Assembly (NCBI GenBank): GCA_964016885.1
Contig: OZ024745.1
Coordinates: 82,832,001-82,896,000 of the forward strand
Direction of reading: 5' to 3'
Length of the DNA: 64,000 nucleotides
Source of the DNA: Eledone cirrhosa
Lineage: Eukaryota
Part shown: piece after piece, positions 41,141 through 55,734 of the stretch
Layout of the letters: every line of letters starts with the position of its first letter
Position numbering within the stretch: the first letter of the stretch is position 1
Position numbers and translations under genes: made by a program
The notes under the pieces: model-generated
The model's database searches: none
Told to the model about the DNA's origin: nothing
What the model saw: the letters and a program-made list of their open reading frames with translations, nothing else

Positions 41141-41624
41141 AAAGTATGAGGCAGATGAACACGTGGATAATATGCTTTCTTTTTTTTTTTTATTCAAATG
41201 GACATCAAACTGCAATACATAAATTAGATCGGTGATCTAGTTAAGAACTGAAGGCCAATAAAGAACTGTATTATGGACGATATGGACCTTACATGATAGT
41301 GTATTTCTGCTAGAGCATCCAACTTGAATTTCCAAGCACATCTCAAGCAGGAAATCTCAGAAACTTGACTTATGTGCAACGTCTCAATGAAAAAACGTTT
41401 TATTATTGTCATTCATGTGTGAAGTTAAAACAATATTTTTCTCACCTTATGCTTATTTGATATAAATACGCTTTTTTTTTTTGCTGACATTCACCACAAT
41501 GTTTTAATCAATCGTCAAACACAGCAATTGCCAGTAAGCAATTATTTAGTAATATATATATACATATATGAATAATGTATATATATATATATGTATATTA
41601 TATATATATATGTATATATATATC

Positions 41625-41815
41625 CAGGACGGTGGATTGGTAGTATCGGTAGAGGGTCGGACTCCATGTTTTCCAGCATAGTTACGTCCCTTTACGATCT
41701 GAGTTCAAATCCCACCGAGGTTGACTTTGCCTTTCATCCTTACGGGGTCGATAAAATAAAGAACCAGTAATGCACTGGGTAATTGCTGGCCTTGTGCCTA
41801 AAGTAGAAACAATTA
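41625..41815 (+). mobile_element. Young tRNA-derived SINE
   Basis: Near-identical to 19553-19745. Confidence 0.92.
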
Positions 41816-41954
41816 TATATATATGTATATATATATATATATATAATATATATATATATAATATATATATAAGACTCTATGGTTCTTATATATTTGATAT
41901 ATATTTATCCTTATCGAGACCTCTTTGGATTTTAGTCTTCAAATTTATTATTAT

Positions 41955-41993
<39 letters not shown>

Positions 41994-42016
41994 CAAGATG
42001 TATGGTAGGTCGTATG

Positions 42017-42077
<61 letters not shown>

Positions 42078-42154
42078 TTAATGGTAGCTATGATGCTTCC
42101 ATAGGCGGTATGCCAGTTGAACATTCTATGTTTTTACGGAGCAGAGTGTGATAT

Positions 42155-43255
42155 AATATAAAACGAAAAATCAGTGATGCATCTGGACTCAATTTATTGT
42201 GTGTTACAATTGTTTCGCCGGCAGACAGCTCGAGACACGATCATTGTATGGAACTGTCTGATTCTAGAACTGCAGGTTCGTCGGACACTTGCAATAATTT
42301 CGGAACAAATTTTCTCACTGGGGTGTTAGCTTCAAAAAACATCTTCCTCGCTTGTCCTGCTGTTGGCTGTTGTTTTTCTACGTCTTCATAAATTCTGGCC
42401 AATATTTGCTGCCATACTGCCCACCAGCTACTCTCCGTCCGACACACTTCAATGAATTCGTGCTGGGTTTGGTATTTCACAAGTCACTCACACACACATA
42501 TATACACACACATACACGCACACATATATACATACACATACACACACACGCGCACATACATATATACATATATATATATACATATACATACACACACATG
42601 TACATATACACACCCATATACATATACACACACACTCTCACATACACACACACGCGCCCACGACCATATAACTAACAACATACGCGTCCACAGGCGCCTG
42701 CCTACATGCCCTCGTACATCAGCTCTCAGACGCATGCACACGCACACACACACACGCACACGCATACAAGGACACACACATGCGTACGCGTACATATACT
42801 CATATACACAAACACGTACAGACATATACATAGACACGCACACGCACATACACACCTCTGTCCGTAAAAAGAGGCACAAAGACATACACGTTTCCAAACA
42901 CACACATACACACACATACATATATATCTATATATATATACATATGTGTATATGTACACACATATAAACGTACTCAACAGTAATCCCTTAGCCTGTTTAA
43001 TGTGCAAGTACACACACACACACTGGCACATATACATTCAAACAAATACGCACCCAAATACCTCCGTGCCCAGGTACATCCACAAAGATACATACACGCA
43101 CACACATATCTCTGTCCGTACTCAAATGTGATATACTCACAGTCATATAAATCTGCACAAAGGTCATACAGGGTCATCCATGAAAGGATGCATCCTGTTA
43201 TTCATGCACGAGTATAAACAATGTAATCAAATACATACATCCATACACATACATG
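42155..43255 (-). mobile_element. PLE 3' UTR/terminus, microsatellite-rich, with a CCGACGA hammerhead at 42194-42297
   Basis: 42155-42370 is the inverse of 49446-49655. Confidence 0.7.
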
Positions 43256-43925
43256 CAATGAGCCTAGCTAGATATGTTCGAGCCTAGCTAGAGATGTTCG
43301 ACATCTCTAGCTAGGCTCATTAAACACTTTAAATTAACCAACATTGAACACTCACTAACATGGGATATCTTGGTTAGGGCCCAACTGCTGAATGGACGAA
43401 GAAAATCTTGTGACCTCTGTCTTACCGAAGCATATTACATAACTCTATCACGACCTCTACCGATTAACGATAGAACAGAGGTAACTATTAGCTGTCAACC
43501 TCGACGGGCTAATTCCTTCGCCAACAGAATATTTGACCCAACATAGTCATCTAGCCCCATTTTTACTTGTAGCTAATAAGTTAAATAGCTATAACTAACT
43601 TAGATAATTATAAGTTACCTCCCTTACATTGTCTCGCAATTAAAAAATTAAAATATTAGCACTTAACTATGAACTACCCACAATTTCTAATCTCTCGAGG
43701 AGTTACTTCCCTGAAACCACCCTCTAATTAATAAGGTAAATATGTCCATTGGCGGCCATCTTATTACCCATAGGCAGATCTCACACAATGCAGCCTCGAC
43801 TGAAGAATACTGCTCGTCTATGGCAGACAATTGATATACCAAGGACACCATAGTGAAATACCAATATATGGAACATTACATTTATGTAACATTCTTTCCT
43901 TATTTTAATTTATATTCCTTTTGAA

Positions 43926-44044
43926 GTTCCGATGAGCTGCTCTATCTTTACCTATGTTAATTATTTCCAACTGAACCAGATCAATAATGATATATAATCA
44001 TTTGATCCAGAAATATTATATGGAGTAGTAAAACAATTGTAAAC
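43926..44044 (+). ncRNA. Non-canonical hammerhead (CCGATGA core; G12 mutated)
   Basis: gtt-CCGATGA-gctgctctat...atggagtagt-AAAA-caattg-TA-aac. Confidence 0.55.
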
Positions 44045-44077
44045 AGACATTATTATTATTAATATTATTAATATTAA

Positions 44078-44435
44078 GGGCGGTGGATTGGCAGTATCGG
44101 TAGAAGGTCGGACGCCATGCTTTCCAGCATAGTTACGTCCCTTTACGATCTGAGTTCAAATCCCGCCGAGGTTTACTTTGCCTTTCATCCTTACGGGGTC
44201 GATAAAATAAAGTACCAGTAATGTACTGGGATAATTGCTGGCCTTGTGCCAAAAGTAGAAGCAATTATTATTAATATTATTATTAGTATTAATATTATCA
44301 GTATTATTATTAATATTAATATCATTAATATTATTATTATTATTATTAAGATCATCCTTACGGGGTCGATAAAATAAAGTACCAGTAATGCACTGGGTAA
44401 TTGCTGGCCTTGTGCCTAAAGTAGAAACAATTATT
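44078..44435 (+). mobile_element. Young SINE plus partial second copy, nested in the PLE pLTR within (TAT)n
   Basis: Full copy 44078-44268; 3' half 44352-44433. Confidence 0.9.
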
Positions 44436-44769
44436 ATTAATATTATTATTATTACTCTCTACATTCCTTACATCAAACTAAAATATGTTGACAATCTTTT
44501 AATAATGTCTTCCTTGCGAGATTTGTGGTCCTGTTTTGCTTAACTAATGAATATGTCCAGCTCTGTGGAACTAACCTCTGCATGAACCCAGCCACCTAGC
44601 TGCTTTCTACTGCATATTGCACATTGAGCACATGCCTTTACGCTTTGGCTTCTAACTAATTCACCAATCTCTCCTCTCCTATCTCCATCTCTCTCTTTAA
44701 GATTGGTTACTCTTGAATTGTGTATACTTGAGCTCCCGTAGTTGAGCTATTTACTGTTAGAAGTCACCA

Positions 44770-47225
44770 TGTTGAGCAAGCAGGAACTCAGGATGTCACT
44801 TAAATCCATACCTATCCCGGACAGGAACACATACCTCAAACTCCTAATACAGAGTGTCAACTCTTTCATCCGAAGTACACGATGGAAAGCCTTCCACTTC
44901 GACAGTGCGGGTGCTGCTGACGCCGGAAGATATGGATTTACCACCTGCAAGAACCCCCCCACACAACATCTTGCTGGACCCGTTTGAGAAAGATCTATTT
45001 AAGTTCGTCAGGAGCATTAAATTCAAAAAGCATTATAAACACAAGAATAATTTCCTCACAAAATTAGCAGCAACTTTAAAAAAATTTAAAGATAGCCACC
45101 ACTTACATGTTATGTCTGACAAAACTAAAATCTATACACCATGACTCCTGAAACTTACACCTCTTTCCTTCTTAAGGAACTTAATAAAAACTAAAAAAAA
45201 ACTATACCCTCCAGTGTAAACTTACTTAACCGAAAAGCCCAGGCTTTGTTTAAGGACTTGCATCTGGATAGATTTACGCACCCTTATGTAGCAACAACCC
45301 CAAGGTTTTCTCTCAAGGATCATAAGCCAAACTTCATAGAGAACCCATCTATTAGACTTATAAGCCCAACCACATCCGACTTGGGTCGCATCAGTAAGAA
45401 CATCCTTGATAGGATCATCCCTGGGCTACGAGATGATATCACCTACAAGTTGTGGTCCAATACCGGCCAATTCATTAGATGGTTCTCCAATCTAAGATCC
45501 AAGGAATCTATGAGGTTCATCCAATTTGACATTGACAGCTATTACGCTTCAATAAACCCGGAACTGCTCCAGAAAGCATTAACCCTAGCCAGCACCAACT
45601 CTGACATAATCAATAATGAGATTGACATCATACTTATGGCTAGGCAGACCATCATTGAATTCAACGGAGCACTCTGGACTAGAAAAGACAGACCAGCCAA
45701 CTTTGACATCACGATGGGCTCAAGTGACTCTGCGCAAATCATCGATTTAGTTGGAAGTTACCTATTACATAACATCAGAGCCGAAATCCAACCTTTGCAA
45801 GGCGGAATATACAGGGTCGACGCCCTATTTGCAGGCCACAATTGCACTAATCGAGGCATTGACTTGCTCAAGAAACAATTACATAAATTCTTTAAAAATA
45901 ACGGTCTCTCTATCACCATCGAGCCGAACCATAAAGTAGTAAACTTCCTAGACGTTACCCTGGATCTTAACAATAACCTATATTACCCTTACCATAAACC
46001 AGGTGAAATACTTACATATATTAGCCCACACTCTAACCACCCACCGGCAGTCATCAGAGCAGTAATCAAATCTATCTCGTATAGGATCGCCATGCTATCA
46101 GCAAATGAGGAGATATTTATAAACCATGCAGCATATTATAATAAGGCTCTTTCTGAATCTGGTTATGAATAGTCCATTTACTATATACCTAAATGCCATA
46201 ACACAGCAATTCACCACAACCATAATAAACATAACACTAGAACTAGAAATACCTTAGCATATCTCCAGATTCGCCGGGATTTTAACAGTAACAACACTTA
46301 TACAGGGAACCTTAATGGTGGCAGTGGCCTGCTTCCCACTCCAAGTAGCAAACTAAAAATCAACCCTAGAATAGGAATGAGCAATGGGATGACAAATAAC
46401 AAATGCCCAGGTAATAATAATCCTATGAAGCCCTCTACCAACTCCACTAGAACCCCTAAAAGGAATAGGCCTAGAAATATCACCTGGCTTAACCTCCCCC
46501 CCCCATTCTCATCTAATCTAGCCACTAATATCCCTAAACACTTCTTCTCTATCCTATGTAAACATTTCCCCCCCAACCATAGATATTACAAACTCTTTAA
46601 TAAAAATAACATTAAAATCTCATTCTCCACAACACCTAACCTAGCTAGCCACATCGCATTCAGTAAACTAAGACAGTATAACTCCCACACCGCGGTACCC
46701 CCCCCCCCCCATGAAATACACCACGCCACTACACCAATAATTACTCTAGTAGCACACCTCCCCCAACTAATCCTTCTAGCACGGACCTACCGCTTAGGTT
46801 AAACAACCCTACTTTCACTAACCGCAGAAGCAACTTCAACTGCATTTACCCCAATGCATGCCCATTAAATGGACACTGCCTGACACCCAACATAGTCTAT
46901 AGGTGCACGGTTAAGACTGCTTCGAATACCAGCTCTTATATCGGGTCTACCTCTAACGATTTTAAGGTACGCTATAACGCGCACTCTTTTTCATTCCGAG
47001 ACCCTAGCAACAGATGTTCGACATCGCTAGCTAGGCTAATTAAAAACCTTAAATTAAACAACGTTCAACACTCACTAAAATGGGATATCGTGGCTAGGGC
47101 CCAACCGTTCAATGGACGAAGGAAATCTTGAGATCTCTGTATTACGGAAGCATATTACATAACTCTATCACGACCTCTACCGATTAACGATAGAACGGAG
47201 GTAACTATTAGCTGTCACATCGAAG
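44770..47225 (+). pseudogene. PLE polyprotein (RT plus GIY-YIG), disrupted
   Basis: SLKSIPIP, RWKAFHF, SDKT, LKDHKPNF..IRLISP, QFDIDSYY, MGSSDSA, GIYRVD, VNFLDVTLDL, SNHPP, RNITW, NC...ACPLNGHC, VYRC..YIGST..FKVRY..H. Confidence 0.92.
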
Positions 47226-47357
47226 GGCTTTCTACTGCATATTGCACATTGAGCACATACCTTTACGCTTTGGCTTCTAACTAATTCACCAATCACTCCT
47301 CTCCTATCTCCTTTCTTATCTCCATCTCCCTCTTTAAGATTGGTTACTCTTGAACTG

Positions 47358-47388
<31 letters not shown>

Positions 47389-47524
47389 ACATACACACAC
47401 ACATACATATACATACACATAAACAAAAAAAAATACAATATACTAAAATATACATCTAACGTCATACATTAAAATGTGTATCTCATACTAAACATGCACA
47501 TATATAAACTTTATAATCATATAC

Positions 47525-47640
47525 ATCGTAAGGATGAGAGGTTAACTTTGCCTTTCCTCCATACAGGGTCGATAAAATAAAGTACCAGTAATGCACTGGG
47601 ATAATTGCTGGCCTTGTGCCTAAAGTAGAAACAATTATAA
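47525..47640 (+). mobile_element. SINE 3' half
   Basis: gaggttaactttgcctttc...gtcgataaaataaagtaccag...gtagaaacaatta. Confidence 0.85.
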
Positions 47641-47680
47641 TCATATACATACATCCATACACATAACACGTAACACATAC

Positions 47681-47711
<31 letters not shown>

Positions 47712-47842
47712 CATACATACACACACACACATACATATATATATTTATATATATATATATACACACATACGCTTACACACATATAAAAACAATAAAATAA
47801 ATATACAATACATCCATAAACATTCACGTAACATATAGATAT

Positions 47843-48700
<858 letters not shown>

Positions 48701-48720
48701 ATATATATATATATTTATAT

Positions 48721-48806
<86 letters not shown>

Positions 48807-48869
48807 GCATACACACACACGCCTACGCATATACACACATATAAAAACAATAAAATAAATATACAATAT

Positions 48870-49655
48870 ATTAAAATATGCATATAACGTCACATACAGC
48901 TACATAAAAGAGAGGAGAAAGGAGAAGGTATGTGTATGCGTGTATTATAGTACATATGGGGAGTATAAGATGCACACTTAGGTCTGTGTACGGAACAAAT
49001 AATGTGTTCCAAAATGGAACACGTGGAGAGTATGTATTCACGATTGAAAAGGTACACATGTATGGGGGCGCGTAGCCCGGTCATATTGGGGTTTGTCACT
49101 ATGGTTGAGGTGTGTTGGCCTATAGGTGCAAGGTACCTGACTGAGCGACCGTGGAATCCGGGTCAACCTGTCTCGGCTCAGGCGATGTTCCTGCCTACGG
49201 TGACGTGCAGAGTCGGGTATGCATCTTGGGTTATTTTGGTTTACCACACGGGGCATATAATGACATCAGAGTATGGTGTCTGATCCCTTGAACCCGTTTC
49301 GTCGCTCTGATCGGCGGGTGCTCCGCCGCATGACCTTAGCCTGGGCTTCTCGGAGGATTCCATGCGGATAGTGTGCACCTTCACTGGTGTCTGCAGGTCA
49401 TGATAATTTCTGATTTCGCGTTGACCGCGTCATCCATCAGTCTGACAAGCCAACAGGAGGACAAGCGAGGAAGATGTTTTTGAAGCTCCCCAGTGAGAAA
49501 ATTTGTTCCGAAATTATTGCAAGTGTCCGACGAACCTGCAGTTCTAGAATCAGACAGATCCATACAATGATCGTGTCTCGAGCTGTCTGCCGGCGAAACA
49601 ATTGTAACACAATAAATTGAGTCCAGATGCATCACTGATTTTTCGTTTTATATTA
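48870..49655. mobile_element. Naiad-type PLE fold-back (minus arm with GIY-YIG end; plus arm with hammerhead)
   Basis: Minus strand ..DAVNAKSEIIMTCRHQ at 49381-49445; plus arm 49446-49655. Confidence 0.7.
49514..49615 (+). ncRNA. Non-canonical type I hammerhead (CCGACGA core)
   Basis: gtgt-CCGACGA-a cc t gcag...ctgc c gg c-GAAA-caattg-TA-acac; helix I extends ttatt/aataa. Confidence 0.7.
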
Positions 49656-49669
49656 TATATATATATATA

Positions 49670-49791
49670 TAGGATAATGTTAGACCCCGACGGCAGAGCT
49701 CAAGCCGTTTCGACGGCTATTTCTGGACTACCCTAGTATTGAGTACTCTGGTGCGTTATGGTCCATCTGATTCCTTACCACACCTCCTTCG

Positions 49792-49838
<47 letters not shown>

Positions 49839-50030
49839 AAAAAGTATGACACCGACGGCAGAGCTCAAGCCGTTTCGACGGCTATTTCTGTAGTCCAGAA
49901 ATAGCCGTCGAAACGGCTTGAGCTCTGCCGTCGGGGTCATACATTTTCCTATTTCCCACTCTACTACCCTAAGTATTGAGTACTCTGGTGCGTTATGGTC
50001 CATTTGGTTCCTTACCACAATTTCTTTGTT
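49670..50030. mobile_element. Two adjacent PLE terminal fold-backs retaining the 3' half of a hammerhead
   Basis: gacggctatttctg tagtc cagaaatagccgtc-GAAA-cggc ttgagctct gccg-TC-ggggtcat. Confidence 0.75.
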
Positions 50031-50044
50031 ATATATATATATAT

Positions 50045-50275
50045 GTAGGAGGAGGTGAGTTTTATTGTAGTACAATAAAGCAATGCAGATATCGGATAAG
50101 TAGCACTCTACGGTTTGTAGGACTGGAGTATAAATAATATATAAGATCAAAAGATGGTTAAAAGAGTTCCATGTATTTTATTATGCGCATTTCAAAAACA
50201 AATATCATCATGCGATGTCATTTGCGTTTTCGTCAGATAAAATAGGGAGACATCATATGAAGGTTAAAAAACACT

Positions 50276-50280
<5 letters not shown>
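50045..50280 (-). mobile_element. PLE terminus with hammerhead (50167-50250), same family as 38630-38856
   Basis: tattttat-CTGACGA-aaacgcaaat...atttgttttt-GAAA-tgcgca-TA-ataaaata. Confidence 0.85.
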
Positions 50281-50349
<69 letters not shown>

Positions 50350-50399
50350 CTGTGGATGCTGCAGTTCTGGGTACTATAGAGTACCAGCCCATATACGCA

Positions 50400-51370
50400 A
50401 TAGATACACCACCCTCCATGGAAGAGGTGCATAACATCCATTGCTAAGATAAATCTCAGAAAAACAGCTGGACAAGAGGGTCTCTTCGCTGAGATCTTTC
50501 GGTTCGGAGGAGACCACTTGTCTGATATTGTGCATGGTGTTATTTCGGATGTCTGGATTAATGGAGAAATCCCAAAAGGAAGGGAGAGATGCTATAATGA
50601 TATCTCTGTACAAGGGCAAAGGTGTCCTCGAACATTGAGAAAGCTACAGAGGCATAGTTCTTTTATGCAACCTAAAGATTTTGTCTGGTGTAATCTTGTC
50701 CAGACTGAATTCCCATATCTCTGTCATGATTTTACCAAAATTGCAGTGTCGCTTTCGAATAAACAGAGGAACCATGTACATGGTATTTACAGCACGACAA
50801 ATTCAGGAAATGTGTGTAGAACAGGGCCAGTGCTTAAATCAAGTCTTTGTCAATCTCACAAAAGCATTTGATATGGTCAACAGAGAAGCGTTCTGGGTTG
50901 TTTTGGGAAAGCTGTGTTGTCCGCAACACTTCATCAATTTGTCAAGGCCCTCCATGATGACATATAGGCTTCTGTCAATGTTGGAGGCATTATGTCTAAA
51001 CCAATAAAGTATGGAATTGCGTTAAATAGAGACCGACTTTGTTTTCCATCTTCTTCTCTATTGTTTTTAATGATGCTTTCAAGAACGGTATCCAAGGTAT
51101 GTATGTGTGATATCGCAGTACATGCAAGCTTTTTAACATACACCACTTTGCCGCTAAGTCAAATGTCTTTCTTGTCCGCCATCTCTATGCTGATGACTGC
51201 AACACGGTCTCGTGCACTGGAACTCACATGCAGAGTTTCGCGGAGAGGTTGTTCCAGTATCGTAAGGTCTTTGGTCTAAAAATCAATCTGGGTGAAACAG
51301 TTGTCATGTTTCAACCAGCATCAGGCACAGTCTATGTGGAACCTTTCATTTCCGTCGATCGGAAGAATAC
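50400..51370 (+). mobile_element. RTE (BovB-like) LINE RT relic
   Basis: LPKLQCRFRINRGTMYMVFTARQIQEMCVEQ..VFVNLTKAFDMVNRE and LYADD; multiple frameshifts. Confidence 0.85.
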
Positions 51371-51619
51371 TATCTAGTATTGTCCTGCTTATACGTCTTA
51401 TATCACATTTAGAGGGGCAGATAAGTCTAATTGGTGAATTAATCTGAAAGCCCTTTTAACGGTATTTTATATTAAAGGTCAGGTGTCTATGCCCGAAAGG
51501 CTTTGTACAGTCGACAAGTCATAATTTATCGACTATCGTTTGTTGATTTTTTTAATGATTGTTTCATCTACATTATTATAATTCTTATTTAGCTCTTTGT
51601 ATATGAACTTTTGAAAGCA

Positions 51620-51830
51620 CTAATGGCCATCGTCAGGTCAAGCTTCTGCCTGCTACTAGTACCATGTAACCCAGTACAACCTGCTTCATGGTACAGTTGT
51701 TGGCGACTAAACATGTTACCCCACCAGATCCTGTTTTCGAGAGGAGCGCAAGTGGTACCACAGCAGCACAAAAGACAAGAGCTGTTAAAAGGACGGATGA
51801 ACTACCCAGAGTCAATGGCCATCCACCTAT
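51620..51830 (+). mobile_element. RTE 5' head fragment related to 7080-7268
   Basis: Shared gtcaggtc..cccagtacaacctg..catggt..gttggcgactaaac and agagtcaatggccatcca. Confidence 0.55.
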
Positions 51831-52334
51831 GGGTTAAATAACTATGGGTTAAATAACCAACACGCAATTGGCTAAGCGCGGCTCACTCTGTATATATATT
51901 AAAGCATGAACATTTTTCGTAAGAATATCAAAATCTTGTTCGACGGTTTGGCGTTTAAGTAAATTTCGATTTTTTAAACTATAGAATGAGATTTTCAATT
52001 TTTTGTTTTGCTTGAAAATTAGACATGATTACACAACAGTAGGTTAATTCACATATGTTCATAATAGAATTTGAAATAACAAAGTTAAAAAAGGAATAAT
52101 ATGATAATAATAAATCTTTCCATTAAACGTCTGTGTGTCCTTTCGAAAGATTTTTAGTAATATTCCACCGGATAATTCTCCTCACTGGCATAATATGTTT
52201 GTTTTGAGAAAGAAACCCCTGTGGAAATTATGCTAATACGTTATAAAACTTTTCACCTTTCCACTAATGTTTGATATTTATTTTAATGTACTAACTACAT
52301 TGTATTTGTTTTTTCGGCATAACCTTTTATACGC

Positions 52335-52455
<121 letters not shown>

Positions 52456-52547
52456 GTCAATTAGTTCCACTCATTTGAAGTGCATTGAAATAAACAACTG
52501 CACGCGCGCGAACAGAGGAAACCTAAACCGGATGAAATCAAAAGAGT

Positions 52548-52632
<85 letters not shown>

Positions 52633-52979
52633 ACACACACACACACACACCACACACACACATACCCCCCCCCACACACACATACACACACGCTCACAAA
52701 TGTAAACAATCAAACAGATATATTGAAGTTTATGTATTACATAAATTGTCTGCATCTGCCTCTCAATTATATTGCTCACGTGTATCAGCTATGTGTATTT
52801 AGAATAATGACGCGTACACACAGACACACAGACATACACATACACACATATATATATAGTTTGTATGTGTGTAAGGTAAAAAAGGAAAGACAAACATGAA
52901 GAACAATTACAAAATCTATTATTTGGCCCCTGTGGCTAATAAAGAAATAGAGAAATAATTATTAGAATAACAGAAATTA

Positions 52980-53172
52980 GATTTGCAGTGTCGGTAGAGC
53001 ACAGAACAACATACTTTGCAGTGTAGATTTACGGTCATTATGTTCTGAGTTTACATCCCCCCGAGGTTAGCTTTGTCTTTCGTCCCTCTGGGGTTATTAA
53101 AATAAAGTACTAGTGGTGCACTAGTGTCGATTTAATCGACTTTCCCTTTCCTTTAAAATTGCTGGCCTTATT
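52980..53172 (+). mobile_element. Older SINE
   Basis: gcagtgtcggtagagc head, ccgaggttagctttg core, aaaattgctggcctt tail. Confidence 0.7.
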
Positions 53173-54250
53173 CGGATAATACGTGTAAGAAAAATAAAAA
53201 AAATAAATGTCTTCTACGTAAAAGAGTGAAGTTGAGAAAAAGGAGAAAAAGCAGAAGCATAAAAGACGGTAAAAAGAAAAAGATATGGTTATTTGAAAGG
53301 GTGAAGTGTACAGGTGAGCAGGGGTTTATGTAGGAGCGGTAGGAAACGGAAGCGGAAAAAGTAAATTAGCAGTTCAAGAAACCCATTACAAAATAAACAA
53401 GAAATTACTATGATATCCATTTCGTATAAGTGCATTCTGTTGGAATACAATTTGTTTGATGTGATGGGGGCTAATACAGACACAATTACAGTCAGTGTCT
53501 TTGTTTTTCTTTAGTTCTCGTCTTGAGATCATTAAATTAAGTCATGCATTGCAGTCATGTCAACTGATTTTTCCCAATTTCTCTACAAACTTTTGGCTTT
53601 CATAAGTCATTGTTGTGTTTAAACTGTCTCGTTCACTGATACTTTTACTAGGGCGGCTGTTGTTCTTAAGATATTGAATTATCGATTACAAGGAAATGTA
53701 TAATTGACAAACACTGTCCAATTTAAAACTATCAACTCAATAACCCCGAGGAAAGAAAGAGAAATAACAAAAACAACAACAAAGAATCAAGAAGCACAGA
53801 ATCAAATTAATGACAAAAAATACAAAAAATTGACCATGTATATTATTGCCTGATAGAAGGGTGTAAACTAAGGTTTCTTGCCAAATAAGTAATCAGACAT
53901 AGCTTCAGTATTTAACTTCGACTGTACCGACAAGTTCTGTATTCAAATTTACTGTCTCATTGTTGGTTTGTTCAGTCGTTTTCAGAGAATGTTAATGCAC
54001 GAGTATATTTATTCACTGAAAAATATATAATTTGATACGGCCATGGATTCAGACACACTCGCATGAATAATTACACATAATTATATATTCGCACAGACAT
54101 GCATAAGCACGCACACAAACACACGCTCAAACCCTATAAATATTTGTTATAATCTCCATAGCTATAAATTTACAACACATTTGACCCCACCACATACCTC
54201 CGTACTTAAATACATATATAAACTAATACAAACCTCGCAAAACAAATATA

Positions 54251-54294
<44 letters not shown>

Positions 54295-54494
54295 AAACGG
54301 AAAAGAAAATGCTGACAAATTGTTCCCAGTGAAAAATAGTTTAATTAGGAATAAGTAAAAATGTGTAATAGTATTGGTTAGTATTCAGTTTTGGTTTTAA
54401 GTTTATATATATATATATATATAACGAAGGAGTTGTGGTAAGGAACCAGATGGACCATAACTTACCAGAGTACTCAATACTTAGGGTAGAAGGT

Positions 54495-55675
54495 AATCAT
54501 TCCAGAAACATGACAACAATATACATAGGCGAGACAGCTAGAAGCATAGGAGAAAGGATAGACTAACACTGAGGGGAATTAAAAGGAATAAAAAACGGTT
54601 GAGTACTACACGAACACGCCAGACAACAACATGACAGTAACATAGACAACATAGAAATTAAAATAATATCTAAACAGAGAAATGACCTAGCCGATAGGCA
54701 AATCAGAGAGACAAGCGAAATAGAGCTTAGAAGGCCAAAGCTAAACAGAAAGAATGAATGGAATAACAACAATACCCAAACAAACACTACTGACTTAAGA
54801 GAAATATAAATAAATAAATAAATTTATACACAATAACAACAAACACATACACACACACTAGTAAACTAAGATAGAATACAATAACCAAAACACAGTCACC
54901 CAAAAGCGAACACACACACCAAACACTATACACACACGCAAACGCATGCGTAGAGAAGACGGAAATAAATAAGTAAATAAACAGATAACATAAAAATTGC
55001 GTAGACATACAATACAACAGGAGGAACATAATAGTACCACTGATGATGTTGCAGATGTGCAACGAAAGAACTTTGTTAGACTATATATATGTGTTTATAT
55101 CTATATTATATCTGTATTTGTTACCGTTGGTCAGTCAATGATAAACATTGAGGACCAAATGAATTAACTGTGGAGATATAAACAATACAGAACCGAAAAC
55201 CAACCAAACAGTAAGTGTGTTCTGTTATTATTTCTGGCAATATTATTACAACAATAAGACCCTCCCCAAGTATAACAATATATATATATATATAAATATA
55301 TATATATATAAATATATATATATATGCCGTCGTTGGAATCAATGAAGGTTCAAAAAAAACATTTGCATTTATGATTACTAATATATGACGGCGATGAATT
55401 TGTTTTGCGAGCTTTTTTATATGAAATTGTCTGTCGAAAAAAAAATGGCGTAAACACAACACAATAGGAGGAATCATGATAATAGTACCACTGATGATGT
55501 TGCAGATGTGCAATGTAAGAACTTTGTTAGAAGATATATACATATCTGTATTTTTAACCGTTGGTCAATCAATGATACAGAAGCGAAAACCAACCAATGA
55601 GTGAGTGTGTCCTGTTATTATTTCTGACAATATTATTACAACAATATGACCCTCCCCAAGTATATCAATATTACT
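54495..55675 (+). mobile_element. Neptune-like PLE 3' part (GIY-YIG relic, 3' UTR, hammerhead about 55035-55080) plus second terminal copy 55445-55672
   Basis: TIYIGETARSIGERI..HEHARQQH..DRQIRE..PKLNRKNEW; tacca-CTGATGA-t gttgca gatg tgcaac-GAAA. Confidence 0.8.
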
Positions 55676-55676
55676 A

Positions 55677-55734
<58 letters not shown>

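Larger units (their letters stand above)
43256..47360 (+). mobile_element. Near full-length Naiad-type Penelope-like element in partial-tandem arrangement
   Basis: Upstream pLTR (GIY-YIG end plus 3' UTR, 43290-44740, split by SINEs), frameshifted ORF 44770-47225, and about 125-bp direct repeats at 44602-44725 and 47228-47360. Confidence 0.9.
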
